Source: Selenomonadales bacterium
GTDB taxonomy: Bacteria > Bacillota > Negativicutes > Sporomusales > UBA7701
Direction of reading: 5' to 3'
Length of the DNA: 64,000 bases
Assembly (NCBI GenBank): GCA_018434945.1
Contig: JAHDOI010000009.1
Span: forward strand, 3,087-67,086
Under the pieces are notes generated by a model. The model had not been told where the DNA came from. It saw only the letters and a list, made by a program, of their open reading frames with translations, and did no database searches. This document shows, piece by piece, positions 30,388 to 39,830 of this stretch. Numbering within the stretch: position 1 is the stretch's first letter; the number at the start of each line of letters is the position of its first letter. The translations under genes and the position numbers were made by a program.

Positions 30388-30924
30388 TCACTTTTTATTC
30401 AACTGCAGCAGCAGCATAATTTCCCCTTTGCCAGCCCCTGTCGTCTTCGCGATCTCGGTCACACTATAACCCTGCTCCGCCATCGACAGTATCAGCTTTC
30501 GCCGGTCGCCGCCCGGGGCCTCGCGCCCGGGCGCCTCCTCGGAAGGCGCGGGAGCAGCAGACGGCGGAGCCTCCGGCGCCAGCCGCACATCGATCGACGC
30601 GGCGGGCGTCTGTTCCGGCGGCGCTGCAGGCGCGGCGGCGGCAGAGGAAGCGGCAGGCTCAGCAGCCTGCCGGGAAGCCGCCAGCTTGCCGTCCAGCTCG
30701 GCGATCCGCGCGTCGGCCTCGTCCAGCAGATACTCCAGATGGGCGATCTGCGTCTCCAGGCGGCGGATGGCAGCGTCGGCCGTCCGTTCAAGCTCCTGCT
30801 GGAACTCACCGGCAGGTGCCGCCGCGTTCAGCGTAAACATCCTCGCGATCATGTCGCGCTTGTAAACCACAAAAAAAACAAAAAAAAGAATAATGACGAC
30901 AAAGACAATCATCCCTGTTAGCAT
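30388..30924 (-). CDS. SwrB/YlxL-like protein (N-terminal TM, coiled coil, C-terminal HTH-like)
   Basis: Last gene of the fla/che cluster before rpsB; C-terminus AEQGYSVTEIAKTTGAGKGEIMLLLQL. Confidence 0.7.
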   Translation of the reverse strand: MLTGMIVFVVIILFFVFFVVYKRDMIARMFTLNAAAPAGEFQQELERTADAAIRRLETQIAHLEYLLDEADARIAELDGKLAASRQAAEPAASSAAAAPAAPPEQTPAASIDVRLAPEAPPSAAPAPSEEAPGREAPGGDRRKLILSMAEQGYSVTEIAKTTGAGKGEIMLLLQLNKK

Positions 30925-30932
30925 AACCCACC

Positions 30933-31241
30933 TCAAGTCTTGATATCGATCGTGTGACCACGGATGGGATCGGGGCTGTCTTCGGCCTCGTCCTCATGCT
31001 GGCGGCTGCCCTTCTTGTGTTCCTCGTGGCGTCTGTCCCTTTCAGCGTCCGGGTCGACCTTGCCGCCGCTGTTCTGAGCCGACTTCTGCACCTGTTGCTG
31101 GCGCGCGGCAGACAACTTCTGCCACTGGTCGGCGCTCTGCTGCTGCTGCAAAGCGCCCTGGTGGTCTGCAATCTGCTGGACCTTGCCTACCTCGGTAACC
31201 CGGGGAATAAGAACCTGGAGGTCGATGGCACGGATTGTCAC
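30933..31241 (-). CDS. Conserved-looking hypothetical protein (102 aa)
   Basis: Good SD; fills the gap after fapA; N-terminus IRAIDLQVLIPR, C-terminus GHTIDIKT. Confidence 0.75.
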   Translation of the reverse strand: MTIRAIDLQVLIPRVTEVGKVQQIADHQGALQQQQSADQWQKLSAARQQQVQKSAQNSGGKVDPDAERDRRHEEHKKGSRQHEDEAEDSPDPIRGHTIDIKT

Positions 31242-31265
31242 GTCCTCCCCTCCCCTGCTTTCAGC

Positions 31266-32885
31266 TTATCGGAACGACCCTATCCTGATCTCGCCGTCCT
31301 CCGCGTAAAAAGAAGCGTACTTCAGCATCTCGCGCACCGGCTTAACCAATGTGCCGATAACGATCTTCACACCCGGATAAACAACATCCGAAACCCTGAT
31401 GCGACCGTAGCGCATCTCCTCGAACAACAGCTCGATCTCCGTAATCCGCTTGCGCATCGTTTCCACCTGTCCGGCCATATGGAACTGGGCCTTCGTCAGC
31501 TTCAGCAGCATCTCCCGCTTCTCCGGCGAAAGATCCGACTGGTTGACCGACCGGAGCACATTCAGAGCCTTCTGCGCCTGATCGAGCGTGATCTCGTTCT
31601 TCCTGAGCTCCTTGCGCAGCTCGGTATACTCCGCCCGGATGACGGGATTGACGCCCACCTCCAGGTCGGTTGCCACCGCCAGGTGCGTGCCCACCGTCTT
31701 GGCGCGGATCTCCTCGGCGGCGATCACATGGCCGCCGGCGATAAAACCGCGACGGCCCTCCACGATAACCCGTTTGCCGGCGCTAACGTTGCTGTGGAGA
31801 ATCACATCGTTCACCATCACGTCGCCCTCGGCGGAAACGGTGGCGTTCTCGATAAACTTCGTCGTCACGTTATCCTTAGCGCGCACATAACCGCGCTGCA
31901 TCCCCTGGATGCCCATCCGGATAACGATATTCGCCCCTTCGACCGTACCGCCGCTGACCGACCCGTAAATCTCCACATTGCCGTCGGCCTTCACCGTGAA
32001 ACCCGACTGCACCGAGCCGCGCACAACAACATTACCGACAAACTCCACATTGCCGGTCGAAAGATCGACATCGCCCTTGATCTCGATTACCGGCGACACA
32101 TGCAGCTTGTTATTCACAAACTGCAGCTGACCGGCGATGGCGGCCTTGATCCGGTTACCGTCGGCATACGCGTTCTTGCCGACCGGCAAAGGGATATCCT
32201 TGCCCGGCTTGGGGAAAATCGGCTGCCCGAGAACATCCACACCCGGGTTTCCGGGTGTCGGCGGAATCTTCTCCCCCAGCAGATCGCCCTCAGCCACCAC
32301 CGTGAATAGATTAAGATCCTTAAAATCCACCCGGCCGTCTTCAAGCTCCACAGGGCGGCCCTTGGCATTCATATCGAACGCGAAGCGGATAACCGCGTCG
32401 CTGCCGTTCACGGGCGCATCGCCGCGGGCGCAGGTCACCGGAGTGCCCGGGCGGTCGAAAGCCCGCTTCACAGCATCCATATCGATACCCTGCACAATAC
32501 CGGCGGCATGAATCTTCTCCAGCACTTCCTCGAAAGAGAGCGGACGACTGCCTTTCGGCTTAGTGATCTGCAGCGACGCCGACATCCGGTCGCGATCCAC
32601 CAGCACCTGGATCTCCGGCTCCGGAGCCGCGGCCGTCTTCTCGGCGATTTTCACCGGAGTGCCGGCCGCTTCCTTAACAATGCGGATAATCGCGGAAAAA
32701 TTGGCACCCGGGATATCGCGCTCCTTCAGCTCGGCCATCACCAGGGGTTCCCTCACCGGCGCCCCCGTTCCCTTGGCAGGGTGGACCGTAAGGAAAACGC
32801 CGTCGTCGTTCTGGTCTATCTGGAAAGAGCCGTCGACAGCGGCCGAATCGTCCTGCTGATTGATCGCTTTTACCTCATCGCTCAT
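31266..32885 (-). CDS. Flagellar assembly protein A family (DUF342/FapA)
   Basis: GRVDFKDLN, GDVDLSTGNVEF, beta-helix repeats, VYPGV. Confidence 0.88.
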   Translation of the reverse strand: MSDEVKAINQQDDSAAVDGSFQIDQNDDGVFLTVHPAKGTGAPVREPLVMAELKERDIPGANFSAIIRIVKEAAGTPVKIAEKTAAAPEPEIQVLVDRDRMSASLQITKPKGSRPLSFEEVLEKIHAAGIVQGIDMDAVKRAFDRPGTPVTCARGDAPVNGSDAVIRFAFDMNAKGRPVELEDGRVDFKDLNLFTVVAEGDLLGEKIPPTPGNPGVDVLGQPIFPKPGKDIPLPVGKNAYADGNRIKAAIAGQLQFVNNKLHVSPVIEIKGDVDLSTGNVEFVGNVVVRGSVQSGFTVKADGNVEIYGSVSGGTVEGANIVIRMGIQGMQRGYVRAKDNVTTKFIENATVSAEGDVMVNDVILHSNVSAGKRVIVEGRRGFIAGGHVIAAEEIRAKTVGTHLAVATDLEVGVNPVIRAEYTELRKELRKNEITLDQAQKALNVLRSVNQSDLSPEKREMLLKLTKAQFHMAGQVETMRKRITEIELLFEEMRYGRIRVSDVVYPGVKIVIGTLVKPVREMLKYASFYAEDGEIRIGSFR

Positions 32886-32912
32886 CAAATACACCTCTCT
32901 TTTACTCTGAGG

Positions 32913-33659
32913 CTAAAACAGGCTGGATTTGAAACGGGACAGAGCGCCACGCAGGCGGAAAATCGCCTTCGTATGGAGTTGGGAAATCCGTGCCTCGGTC
33001 AATTTCAGAATCAGGCTTATCTCCTTCAGCGTCAGCCCCTCGTAATAATAAAGGGTGACAACCAGCCGCTCCTTCTCGGTAAGCCGCTCGATCGCCTTCG
33101 CCAACGTCGCCTTGACCTCCTCGTCCTCAAGGAACTGGGACGGATTCGGGGCATGGCTGGCGGGCGACTCCGTCTTGACGTAATCCTCCAGGGGCACCAG
33201 CGTACAGCCGTTGAGCGTATTGATCAGCGTATGCAGCTGCGGCACCGAAACACCCATCGCGCCGGAGATCTCCTCGTCGCTGGCCGACCTGCCCAGCCGG
33301 CTCTCCAGCTCCGCCAGCGTCTGTTCGTACTGGCGGGCTTTCTGTCTGACCGTGGCCGGGATCCAATCCTGGGCGCGAAGGGAATCGAGCATGGCGCCGC
33401 GGATACGGGCCACCGCATACGTCTCGAACTTCACCCCGCGCGACAAATCGAATCGTTCGATCGCCTCCAGCAAACCGAAAAACCCGTTGCTGATCAGATC
33501 GTCCTTATCGACATGCTGCGGAAGACCGACCGCGATGCGCCCGGCGACCAGCTTGACAAGCGGGAGATAATTCTCGATCAACTTTTCGCGGATGTCGGCA
33601 CGCCGGTTTTCCCGGTAGTCCGACCACAAATTCTGCAAAGCGAGTCCAGCGTCCGGCAT
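32913..33659 (-). CDS. fliA: Flagellar sigma factor (FliA/SigD/WhiG family)
   Basis: DDLISNGFFGL, FETYAVARIRGAMLD, EARISQLH. Confidence 0.96.
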   Translation of the reverse strand: MPDAGLALQNLWSDYRENRRADIREKLIENYLPLVKLVAGRIAVGLPQHVDKDDLISNGFFGLLEAIERFDLSRGVKFETYAVARIRGAMLDSLRAQDWIPATVRQKARQYEQTLAELESRLGRSASDEEISGAMGVSVPQLHTLINTLNGCTLVPLEDYVKTESPASHAPNPSQFLEDEEVKATLAKAIERLTEKERLVVTLYYYEGLTLKEISLILKLTEARISQLHTKAIFRLRGALSRFKSSLF

Positions 33660-33686
33660 CTACGTCTCCTCCATCCCTGGCGGCAG

Positions 33687-34025
33687 TTACTTCACCGAAA
33701 TCTGCTCGAAGTTCTCCGGGACGAAGGGGCTGAACTGAGGTGTCGTGTGAGTCGGATTAAGAAGCTCATCGTTCTCAATAATGCCGTCCTTACTAATAAT
33801 ATCGACTTTATTCCTCTTGGGCTTAATGTCGGCGAACCGGCGCCTTACATACGACTCGGCCAGATAAACGGCCAGATAAGCGGCAAGTGCGGACCCGGCC
33901 AGCGAAATCGCCGTCCGGTAGAAAACGGTCGGCAGCCTCAAGCCTTGCACCAGGCCGACTGCGGCCGTGAGGCAGGCGACAATTAAAGCCAATCCGAGTA
34001 CTATACGCACCTTCACCACGTTCAT
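33687..34025 (-). CDS. Hypothetical two-TM membrane protein
   Basis: Fills the cheD-fliA gap; two hydrophobic segments then an acidic tail. Confidence 0.75.
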   Translation of the reverse strand: MNVVKVRIVLGLALIVACLTAAVGLVQGLRLPTVFYRTAISLAGSALAAYLAVYLAESYVRRRFADIKPKRNKVDIISKDGIIENDELLNPTHTTPQFSPFVPENFEQISVK

Positions 34026-34032
34026 CTCCCGG

Positions 34033-34518
34033 TTACAATTCTTTTTCGCCCTTATCGATCGTCTTGATGCGGAACACGCCGCTGTCGAGCTTCAGCTCCA
34101 CCGTGCGGCCGTAATTGCCGCCGCAATCCTCGGCGATCAGCCTGAGATCGAGCTTCTTCAAAACCGCGCGCACCGTTTCGCTGTTTCGCTCCCCGACGCG
34201 CATGATATCAGTCGCGTTCACAAATGTGAACATCTGCGCCCCACCGGCGATTTTCGCCTGCAGACGGCTCCTCAGAGCCCCCATCCTCACCAGATCGTCC
34301 AGCATCAGCGGCAGACAAGTATCGGCGAATTTGGCCGGATTCTCGGTCGAACGGGCCTGGGTGCTGTCGGGCAGCATAATATGCGCCAGCCCGCCGATCT
34401 TGTTCACCGGGTCGAACAAAGCAATACCGACACAGGAACCAAGGCCGTAGCTGATAAGACTGGCAGGTTCGCGGCCGACCTTATAATCGGCCATACCAAC
34501 CTTGATTAATTCAGCCAT
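34033..34518 (-). CDS. cheD: Chemoreceptor glutamine deamidase
   Basis: GLGSCVG, HIMLP, KIAGGAQMF. Confidence 0.97.
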   Translation of the reverse strand: MAELIKVGMADYKVGREPASLISYGLGSCVGIALFDPVNKIGGLAHIMLPDSTQARSTENPAKFADTCLPLMLDDLVRMGALRSRLQAKIAGGAQMFTFVNATDIMRVGERNSETVRAVLKKLDLRLIAEDCGGNYGRTVELKLDSGVFRIKTIDKGEKEL

Positions 34519-35141
34519 TATTCCTTCACCCCTATTGCCGCGAGAATCGTTCCCAGCGAACCGGGATCGGGGATAAGGAAGAAATGGCCCTTAACGCCGC
34601 CGTCGCCCTCGGTGGAAAACTCGGTTTCGATAACAAGGGCGTGATCGCCCATCTGACCGAGCTGGCTCAATATAACGCTAAGGATGGCTCCCGCCATATC
34701 CATCGCCAGAGCGGGAATCGACGGCAGCAGGGTAAACTTCGTGAAAAAAGACAGCGCGTTCAGATAAGCGCCGGCCAGGATATTGCCGATCTCCAAAAGG
34801 GCGGATTCGTCCATCGAATCGAGGTGATCCGTCATCCCGCGTTCGCGGCCCATCAGCATATCGACCAGCGTGAAAGCGCTTTCGCGCGGCAGCAGAAACA
34901 GAATGCTGCTCGGCGCAGGGCCGAAAACGCGCAGGTACACGCCCGCCACCATTATCTCCGGACCGCCCACGACATCGGGCACGTCACCCAGCGGCAAAAT
35001 AGCCACCTGCGGCACCGTCATATCGATCTTGCGATTGATAATCTGCGACAGCGCCGTAGCCGCGTTGCCCGCCCCGACGTTGCCCACCTCTTTTAAAGCA
35101 TCCAACTGGAGCGACGAAAGTTTCATGATATCTTCGGACAA
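34518..35141 (-). CDS. cheC: CheY-P phosphatase
   Basis: EVGNVGAG and EIGNILAG phosphatase motifs. Confidence 0.96.
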   Translation of the reverse strand: MSEDIMKLSSLQLDALKEVGNVGAGNAATALSQIINRKIDMTVPQVAILPLGDVPDVVGGPEIMVAGVYLRVFGPAPSSILFLLPRESAFTLVDMLMGRERGMTDHLDSMDESALLEIGNILAGAYLNALSFFTKFTLLPSIPALAMDMAGAILSVILSQLGQMGDHALVIETEFSTEGDGGVKGHFFLIPDPGSLGTILAAIGVKE

Positions 35142-35177
35142 CACACATCCACCCCGTTCGGTAAAAATCGCGGGCTA

Positions 35178-35645
35178 TTAGCTGGCTTTGCCGGCCTCGG
35201 CGCCGACGCCGACGATAGCGGCCAGATTCAGCAGAATCAGCAAGTTATCATCCTGCTTGCCCACACCGCTCAAATACTGGGCACTCACCCCGCCGACAAC
35301 CGTCGTGGGCGGCTCGATGTTCTCGCTGCTCAGCGTCGTCACCTCGGAAACGGCATCGACGATCAGGCCGACGACGATCTCCTCCACCTTCACGATTATG
35401 ATGCGCGTATCTTCGGTATAGTCGGCCGGCGGCAAATGGAGGCGCTTCTTCAGGTCGAGAACCGGCAGCACGCTGCCGCGCAGGTTGATGACCCCCTTGA
35501 TATAATCAGGCGAATTGGGCACGCGGGTTATATCGAGTATCCGTTTGATCTCCTGCACCTGCAGAATGCTGATGCCGTAATCCTCGCGGCCGAGCTTGAA
35601 AATGACCAACTGGATGTCCCTGTCGTCGAAAGTATTTTCGGCCAT
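35178..35645 (-). CDS. cheW: Chemotaxis coupling protein
   Basis: TRVPNSPDYIKGVINLRG. Confidence 0.97.
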   Translation of the reverse strand: MAENTFDDRDIQLVIFKLGREDYGISILQVQEIKRILDITRVPNSPDYIKGVINLRGSVLPVLDLKKRLHLPPADYTEDTRIIIVKVEEIVVGLIVDAVSEVTTLSSENIEPPTTVVGGVSAQYLSGVGKQDDNLLILLNLAAIVGVGAEAGKAS

Positions 35646-35656
35646 GTCAATCCCCC

Positions 35657-37714
35657 CTACTGCATTATCGAGCCGACATCGAGAATAAGCGCCACCCGGC
35701 CGTCACCGAGAATAGTGGCCCCGGCCAGAACCTTAATCGAAGCCAGCAGCTTGCCGAGCGACTTGATGACAATCTCCTGCTGGCCGATCAGCGTATCGAC
35801 GATTACCCCCGCCTTCTGCTCGCCCATGTGGACGATAACCACATAAAGCTCCTCGGCGTTTTCTTTTCCGCATTCCGGGACACCGAGCACGTTACCAAGA
35901 CGGACGATCGGGATAATCTGCCCGCGCAGGAGGATGACCTCCTGGTTCTGAATCGTCTTGATATCGCCGGGCGTAATATTGATCGTGCTGTCGATCGAGC
36001 CGAGCGGGATAGCGTAAATCTCCTCGCACACCTTCACGAGCAACGCCTGGATTATCGCCAGCGTAAGCGGCAGCCTGATCTTGAACCGCGACCCCTCGTT
36101 GACCTTGGTCTCAACATCCACCATGCCGCCCAGCGACTCGATCTTCGTCTTCACGGCATCCATACCCACACCGCGTCCGGACACATCCGTCACGACCTTG
36201 GCGGTCGAGAACCCGGGCAGGAACAACAGGCGCACAGCTTCGGCGGCATCCATCTTCTCGGCTTCGGCCTGATTGATCATCCCTTTTTCCAAAGCCTTCT
36301 GCTTGACGACCTCCGGATTAACGCCCGCCCCGTCGTCCTCCACCATGATAATGACATTATTGCCCTCGTGGCGGGCGATCAGGCGGATCTCACCGACCGG
36401 GTTCTTGCCTTTGGCCTCGCGCTCGGCCGGGCTCTCGATCCCGTGGTCGATAGCGTTCCGCAGCAAATGCACAAGCGGATCGCCGATCTCGTCGATGACG
36501 GTGCGGTCCAGTTCCGTCTCCTCGCCCTGGATGATGAGATTGACCTCTTTATTAAGATCACGCGACAAATCGCGCACCATGCGGGGGAAACGGTTGAAAA
36601 CCTGCCCGACCGGCACCATCCGTACCTTCATGACAACCGCCTGCAGATCGGTGGTAACCCGGTCCATCTGCTCGATCGTCTCCGTCAGGTCGGTCAGACG
36701 GTGACTTAGTCCGATCTGCTCAAGACGGGTCTTGTTGATGACAAGCTCCCCGACGAGATTCAAGAGTGTGTCGAGCTTATCGATATCCACGCGCACCGAC
36801 TGACCGCCGCGGAGTTTCTTGTCGGCCGCGGACGGAGCATCGGCCGCCGGGGGCGCATCTTGTTTTACCGCAGGGGCCTCAGCTTCCGGCTTGTCCTCCT
36901 GCACGGCGGCGGATTTGACTTCCTGCGCGGAAGCGGCGTCCGGAATCGCCAGCGGCAACACGGTCGCCGAATCGATCTCCGAAATCGCCAGCAGCGTCTG
37001 CTGCACCTTCTCTGGCTCCGCGTCACTAAGCGCCACAACCGAAAAACTGTACTCGAAATTCTCCTTCTCCAGCTCCTCGGCCGGCGGGACGCTCTTGATG
37101 ACGTCGCCGAGCTCGTCGAGTGCGTTCATCACCATATAGGCCCGGGCCGACTTCAGCAGGCAGCCCTCGCGCAGCCCGACCTGCACCTCGTAAGCAGCAT
37201 AGCCCTGGCGGCTGGCCGCTTTTATCACATCGATCTCCGTATCGTTCAAGGTGATGCCGGACGAAGTGGCGATAACGGGAGAAACAGGAGCCGCGGCTTT
37301 CACGGCGGCAGCCTGTACCGGCTCCGCCTCATCCTTGCCGGCGGCCAGCTTGGCCAGCTTCGCGGCCAGCGGCTTGATATCGACCGTCGCCTCACTGTTG
37401 CTGGCGATGCTCTCCACCGATTGCTCCAATGTATCCAGGCACTTGAAAAGAGTGTCGATGATTCCCCGCGAAGCCGCGAGCTGTCCTTTGCGCAGCAGAT
37501 CGAGCACATTCTCCATCTCATGGGTAAGCTCGGCGATCGCCGTGAAACCCATCGTGGCCGACATGCCCTTGATAGTGTGCGCGCTGCGGAATATCTCGTC
37601 AAGCACCGTCAGGTTGCGCGGATCGTTCTCGAGCGACAGAAGACATCTGTTCAGTGTCTGAAGGTGTTCGCGCGACTCCTCCAGGAACATCCCCATGTAT
37701 TGATTTAACCCCAT
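35657..37714 (-). CDS. cheA: Chemotaxis histidine kinase
   Basis: FRSAHTIKG, LLRNAIDHG, SGRGVGMD, P5 domain. Start placed at MGLNQY (37714). Confidence 0.98.
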   Translation of the reverse strand: MGLNQYMGMFLEESREHLQTLNRCLLSLENDPRNLTVLDEIFRSAHTIKGMSATMGFTAIAELTHEMENVLDLLRKGQLAASRGIIDTLFKCLDTLEQSVESIASNSEATVDIKPLAAKLAKLAAGKDEAEPVQAAAVKAAAPVSPVIATSSGITLNDTEIDVIKAASRQGYAAYEVQVGLREGCLLKSARAYMVMNALDELGDVIKSVPPAEELEKENFEYSFSVVALSDAEPEKVQQTLLAISEIDSATVLPLAIPDAASAQEVKSAAVQEDKPEAEAPAVKQDAPPAADAPSAADKKLRGGQSVRVDIDKLDTLLNLVGELVINKTRLEQIGLSHRLTDLTETIEQMDRVTTDLQAVVMKVRMVPVGQVFNRFPRMVRDLSRDLNKEVNLIIQGEETELDRTVIDEIGDPLVHLLRNAIDHGIESPAEREAKGKNPVGEIRLIARHEGNNVIIMVEDDGAGVNPEVVKQKALEKGMINQAEAEKMDAAEAVRLLFLPGFSTAKVVTDVSGRGVGMDAVKTKIESLGGMVDVETKVNEGSRFKIRLPLTLAIIQALLVKVCEEIYAIPLGSIDSTINITPGDIKTIQNQEVILLRGQIIPIVRLGNVLGVPECGKENAEELYVVIVHMGEQKAGVIVDTLIGQQEIVIKSLGKLLASIKVLAGATILGDGRVALILDVGSIMQ

Positions 37715-37715
37715 T

Positions 37716-38771
37716 TTACACACCTCCGTGTTTGCTTTGCAGGTGTTTGACGATTTCGCCGGCGACACCGGGCAGCGGCACGACCTTATCTACTATCCCC
37801 AGTTCGATAGCCGCCTTCGGCATACCGAACACCACAGTCGTCGACTGATCCTCAGCGATCGTGAACCCCCGTCCCGATTTGATCGCCTTCATCCCGCGCG
37901 AACCGTCGGCGCCCATCCCCGTCAGGATGACGCCCACCGCCCGCGGCCCGTAAATCCTCGCCACCGCTTCCATCGTCGGGTCTACGGAAGGCCGGTGGCC
38001 GCCGATCGGCGGTTCCTGGTGGAGCCGCACAACCGTCTTGGCGCCTTCCCGTAACAGCGTCATATGAAAATCGCCAGGGGCGATAACCGCCAGGCCGGGC
38101 CTGAGCACATCGCCGTTCTCCGCCTCCTTGACCGACAGGGCCGACAGAGAGTTGAGGCGGTCGGAAAGCGACTTCGTGAACCCCGGGGGCATATGCTGTA
38201 CGATCACCACCGGACAAGGCAGGTTGCCGGGCAAGCGGGTAAGGACCTCTTGCAGCGCCCGCGGCCCGCCTGTCGAAGTCCCGATGGCGACGATCTGCTC
38301 GTCGTGCGCGGGCGCGAAAGCCGGAGGCCTGACTGGCGGCGGCGCAGGGGGAGCTGGCGGCCGGATCAGCTGTCTTACATTGGCACGGGCCGCCGCACGG
38401 CATTTGGCGAGGATCTCTATCCTGATCTGATCGATGCTCGAAATCGGGCCGGCCGTCTTGGCGACAAAATCGACAGCCCCTCTTTCCAGTGCCTTCAGGG
38501 TCGCGTCCGCTCCCTCGCGGGTCAGACTGCTCACCATCACCACCGGTGTCGGAACCTCCCGCATGATCGTCTCGAGGGCGCTGATGCCGTCCATAACCGG
38601 CATCTCCACATCCATCGTCACGACATCGGGCTTCAGGCGCTTGACCTTATCGATGGCGTCCTTGCCGTTACGGGCGGCTTCGAGAACGGTGAAATCGCTT
38701 TCGGCGGCGAACAGGTCGGATAACACTTTGCGCATAAAAGCGGAATCGTCGACAACAAGTACTTTGATCAC
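37716..38771 (-). CDS. cheB: Chemotaxis methylesterase
   Basis: Receiver domain plus GTSTGGP, QHMP, TGMGADG. Confidence 0.98.
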   Translation of the reverse strand: MIKVLVVDDSAFMRKVLSDLFAAESDFTVLEAARNGKDAIDKVKRLKPDVVTMDVEMPVMDGISALETIMREVPTPVVMVSSLTREGADATLKALERGAVDFVAKTAGPISSIDQIRIEILAKCRAAARANVRQLIRPPAPPAPPPVRPPAFAPAHDEQIVAIGTSTGGPRALQEVLTRLPGNLPCPVVIVQHMPPGFTKSLSDRLNSLSALSVKEAENGDVLRPGLAVIAPGDFHMTLLREGAKTVVRLHQEPPIGGHRPSVDPTMEAVARIYGPRAVGVILTGMGADGSRGMKAIKSGRGFTIAEDQSTTVVFGMPKAAIELGIVDKVVPLPGVAGEIVKHLQSKHGGV

Positions 38772-38911
38772 AGCTATCCCACCTCCCGTGAAAATCCGTA
38801 ATAATGCACCATAAGAAAAATGCCATTAATGTATATTTCTATAATTTTGTCCAGCAACCTCTTGTATTTTCGACAAATTTACGGAAACCGCATAAATTTT
38901 GCGTATTATCG

Positions 38912-38941
38912 CCATAAGCGCCCTCTTTTTGGCGCTTATGG
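38912..38941 (-). terminator. Hairpin after flhG (possible terminator, no clear U tract)
   Basis: 11-bp stem CCATAAGCGCC/GGCGCTTATGG. Confidence 0.5.
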
Positions 38942-39829
38942 TCAGCGCATCAGATCGAAAAACTTGCTGAAGAACCCCTTGATGCCTGTCGGCTGGTTGA
39001 CCTCCTTGCCGTACAGCAGCCGCTGGGCGATATGATCGATACAGCGGGCGGCGATAGACTCCGGATGGGCGACTATCACCGGCACCTGGCTCTTGACCGC
39101 CTTAAGCACGTTCGGGTCCTCGTAAACGAACCCCAGGCTAGTGACGCCGACCCCCAGGAACCGCTGCGACACCTTGCCGAGCTTATCCACCACCGTCTGA
39201 CCCTCGTCCATCTCCAGCACCAGGTTCACCACCAGGCGGAGCGGCGCGCGGCCATGATGGGCGGCATACGCCTTCATCATCGCATAAGCATCGGCGATCG
39301 CCGTCGGCTCGGGAGTCGTAATAATAATCACCTCATCGGCGGCCATCACGAAATTAAGCACATTGCGGTGCAGCCCCGCGCCGGTGTCGATGAGAATGAC
39401 ATTGGCCCACCGGTCGAACAGCACAACCTGATTGATAACCTTCTGTATCTGGGCATCGCTCAAATTGGCCAACTGGTATATGCCCGAGCCGCCGGACATG
39501 AACTTGATGCCCCGCGGGCCGTCCATCACCACATCGTTGATGTGATAACCGCCGTCGAGCAGATTGAGAAGATTGTACTTCGGCGTAAGCCCCAGCACAA
39601 ACTCCACGTTGGCCAGCCCCAGGTCGGCGTCGATAATCAGCACCTTCTGGCCCAGATTGGCCAGGGCCAGGGCTAGGTTGACGGTAAGATTGGTCTTCCC
39701 TACCCCGCCCTTGCCGCTGGTGACCGTGATGACGCGCGCCCGGGAATCGGGCTGCTTTATTATCGGGCTCTTGACCGCGGCCTGATGGCCCTTAGCCATC
39801 TGCCGCAGGCGTTCCGCTTGATCGCGCAT
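38942..39829 (-). CDS. flhG: Flagellar number regulator, MinD-like ATPase
   Basis: TSGKGGVGKT, DADLGLAN, TPEPTAIADAY. Confidence 0.93.
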   Translation of the reverse strand: MRDQAERLRQMAKGHQAAVKSPIIKQPDSRARVITVTSGKGGVGKTNLTVNLALALANLGQKVLIIDADLGLANVEFVLGLTPKYNLLNLLDGGYHINDVVMDGPRGIKFMSGGSGIYQLANLSDAQIQKVINQVVLFDRWANVILIDTGAGLHRNVLNFVMAADEVIIITTPEPTAIADAYAMMKAYAAHHGRAPLRLVVNLVLEMDEGQTVVDKLGKVSQRFLGVGVTSLGFVYEDPNVLKAVKSQVPVIVAHPESIAARCIDHIAQRLLYGKEVNQPTGIKGFFSKFFDLMR

Positions 39830-39830
39830 G

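Noticed and set aside
38820-39035. 71-aa + strand ORF in the flhG-cheB gap
   Set aside because: It spans AT-rich regulatory DNA and the antisense of flhG, has atypical codon usage and no SD.
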